The notes beneath the pieces are model-generated. The model searched no databases. It worked only from the letters and a program-made list of their open reading frames with translations, and was not told the DNA's origin. Below, piece by piece: positions 63,346 through 64,000 of a stretch of 64,000 bases of DNA. The translations under genes and the position numbers were made by a program. Source of the stretch: Octopus sinensis (taxonomy: Eukaryota); assembly GCF_006345805.1 (NCBI RefSeq), contig NC_042998.1, forward strand, positions 113,398,001 to 113,462,000, given 5' to 3'. Numbering within the stretch: position 1 is the stretch's first letter; each line of letters opens with the position of its first letter.

Positions 63346-64000
63346 ATTTACACCGTCAAGATGAAAGTGGCTTGGCAGTTTTTGTTTTCCGTTAGAAAAA
63401 TGAAGACCAAAAGAATACCAAAAAAAAATCTATTAGAATGGGCAATATAAGCTATGGCGTTCATCACTCCTTCAGGGATAATAGTGATGTATATTAAACG
63501 ACATAAATAACTTACAAACTAGAAGTGAAAAACTGGGCTGGTTACGAGTTGTTTATCAATGGACTAAAGGTACACACACTCGCACGTGTGTGCGCGTATA
63601 CGCTATTTCATACATTTCTTTCAAGAATCTGACTATTAAATTTGACAGTGTTGTGATTATATATTTATTATTAGACTAGTGTATTTGCAGGATTAGGTGG
63701 TATTTTATAAGCTGATTCAATTTTCAATTATAAGTAGTACCACAGGGAAGCTTGCCTCTGTGTAGTAAGCACGACGTGGTAGAAATAGTAACTAGATCTC
63801 CCTCAAATCACACCAACCGCATTGAAAAGGGAAGAATATATTGGATAATAAGTTGTCCAAGAGACGCAATAATCGAGAGAATGACGGGATAAACATTAGA
63901 TTAAAAGTTCAGTTTTCAAGAAGTGCTAATAGCAGTCTGTGACAATTTGAATGAAAGCAAGGAAAAGAAATGTTGCGTCATCACTAAATAACAAATTAGA

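Overview
AT-rich, microsatellite-laden animal genomic DNA. The repeat families look octopod-cephalopod-like, which is an inference. I can support two minus-strand host genes. One is an intronless WDR18/Ipi3 (CDS 1174-2517). The other is a SAMD8/SMSr sphingomyelin-synthase-related gene rebuilt from four coding exons (20238-20857, 15667-15784, 12638-12785, 10228-10544; 400 aa, all GT-AG and phase-compatible). Its 5' non-coding part probably lies far upstream, as CpG density steps up near 58.3 kb. The rest is transposon-rich. There are two recent 5'-truncated RTE-clade LINEs carrying a C4HC3 PHD-type finger inside the reverse transcriptase, one with a higher-order tandem-repeat 3' UTR. There are also older RTE relics, many copies of their (GAT)n tail, several tRNA-derived SINE families (some in head-to-tail arrays), maT/DD37D and Tc1 relics with TIRs, TTAA-flanked MITEs and a non-autonomous Helitron. 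Weaker calls are a possible solo LTR and a Penelope-type foldback holding a degenerate hammerhead ribozyme motif. Repeat boundaries were read by eye and are approximate unless exact termini or TSDs are given.
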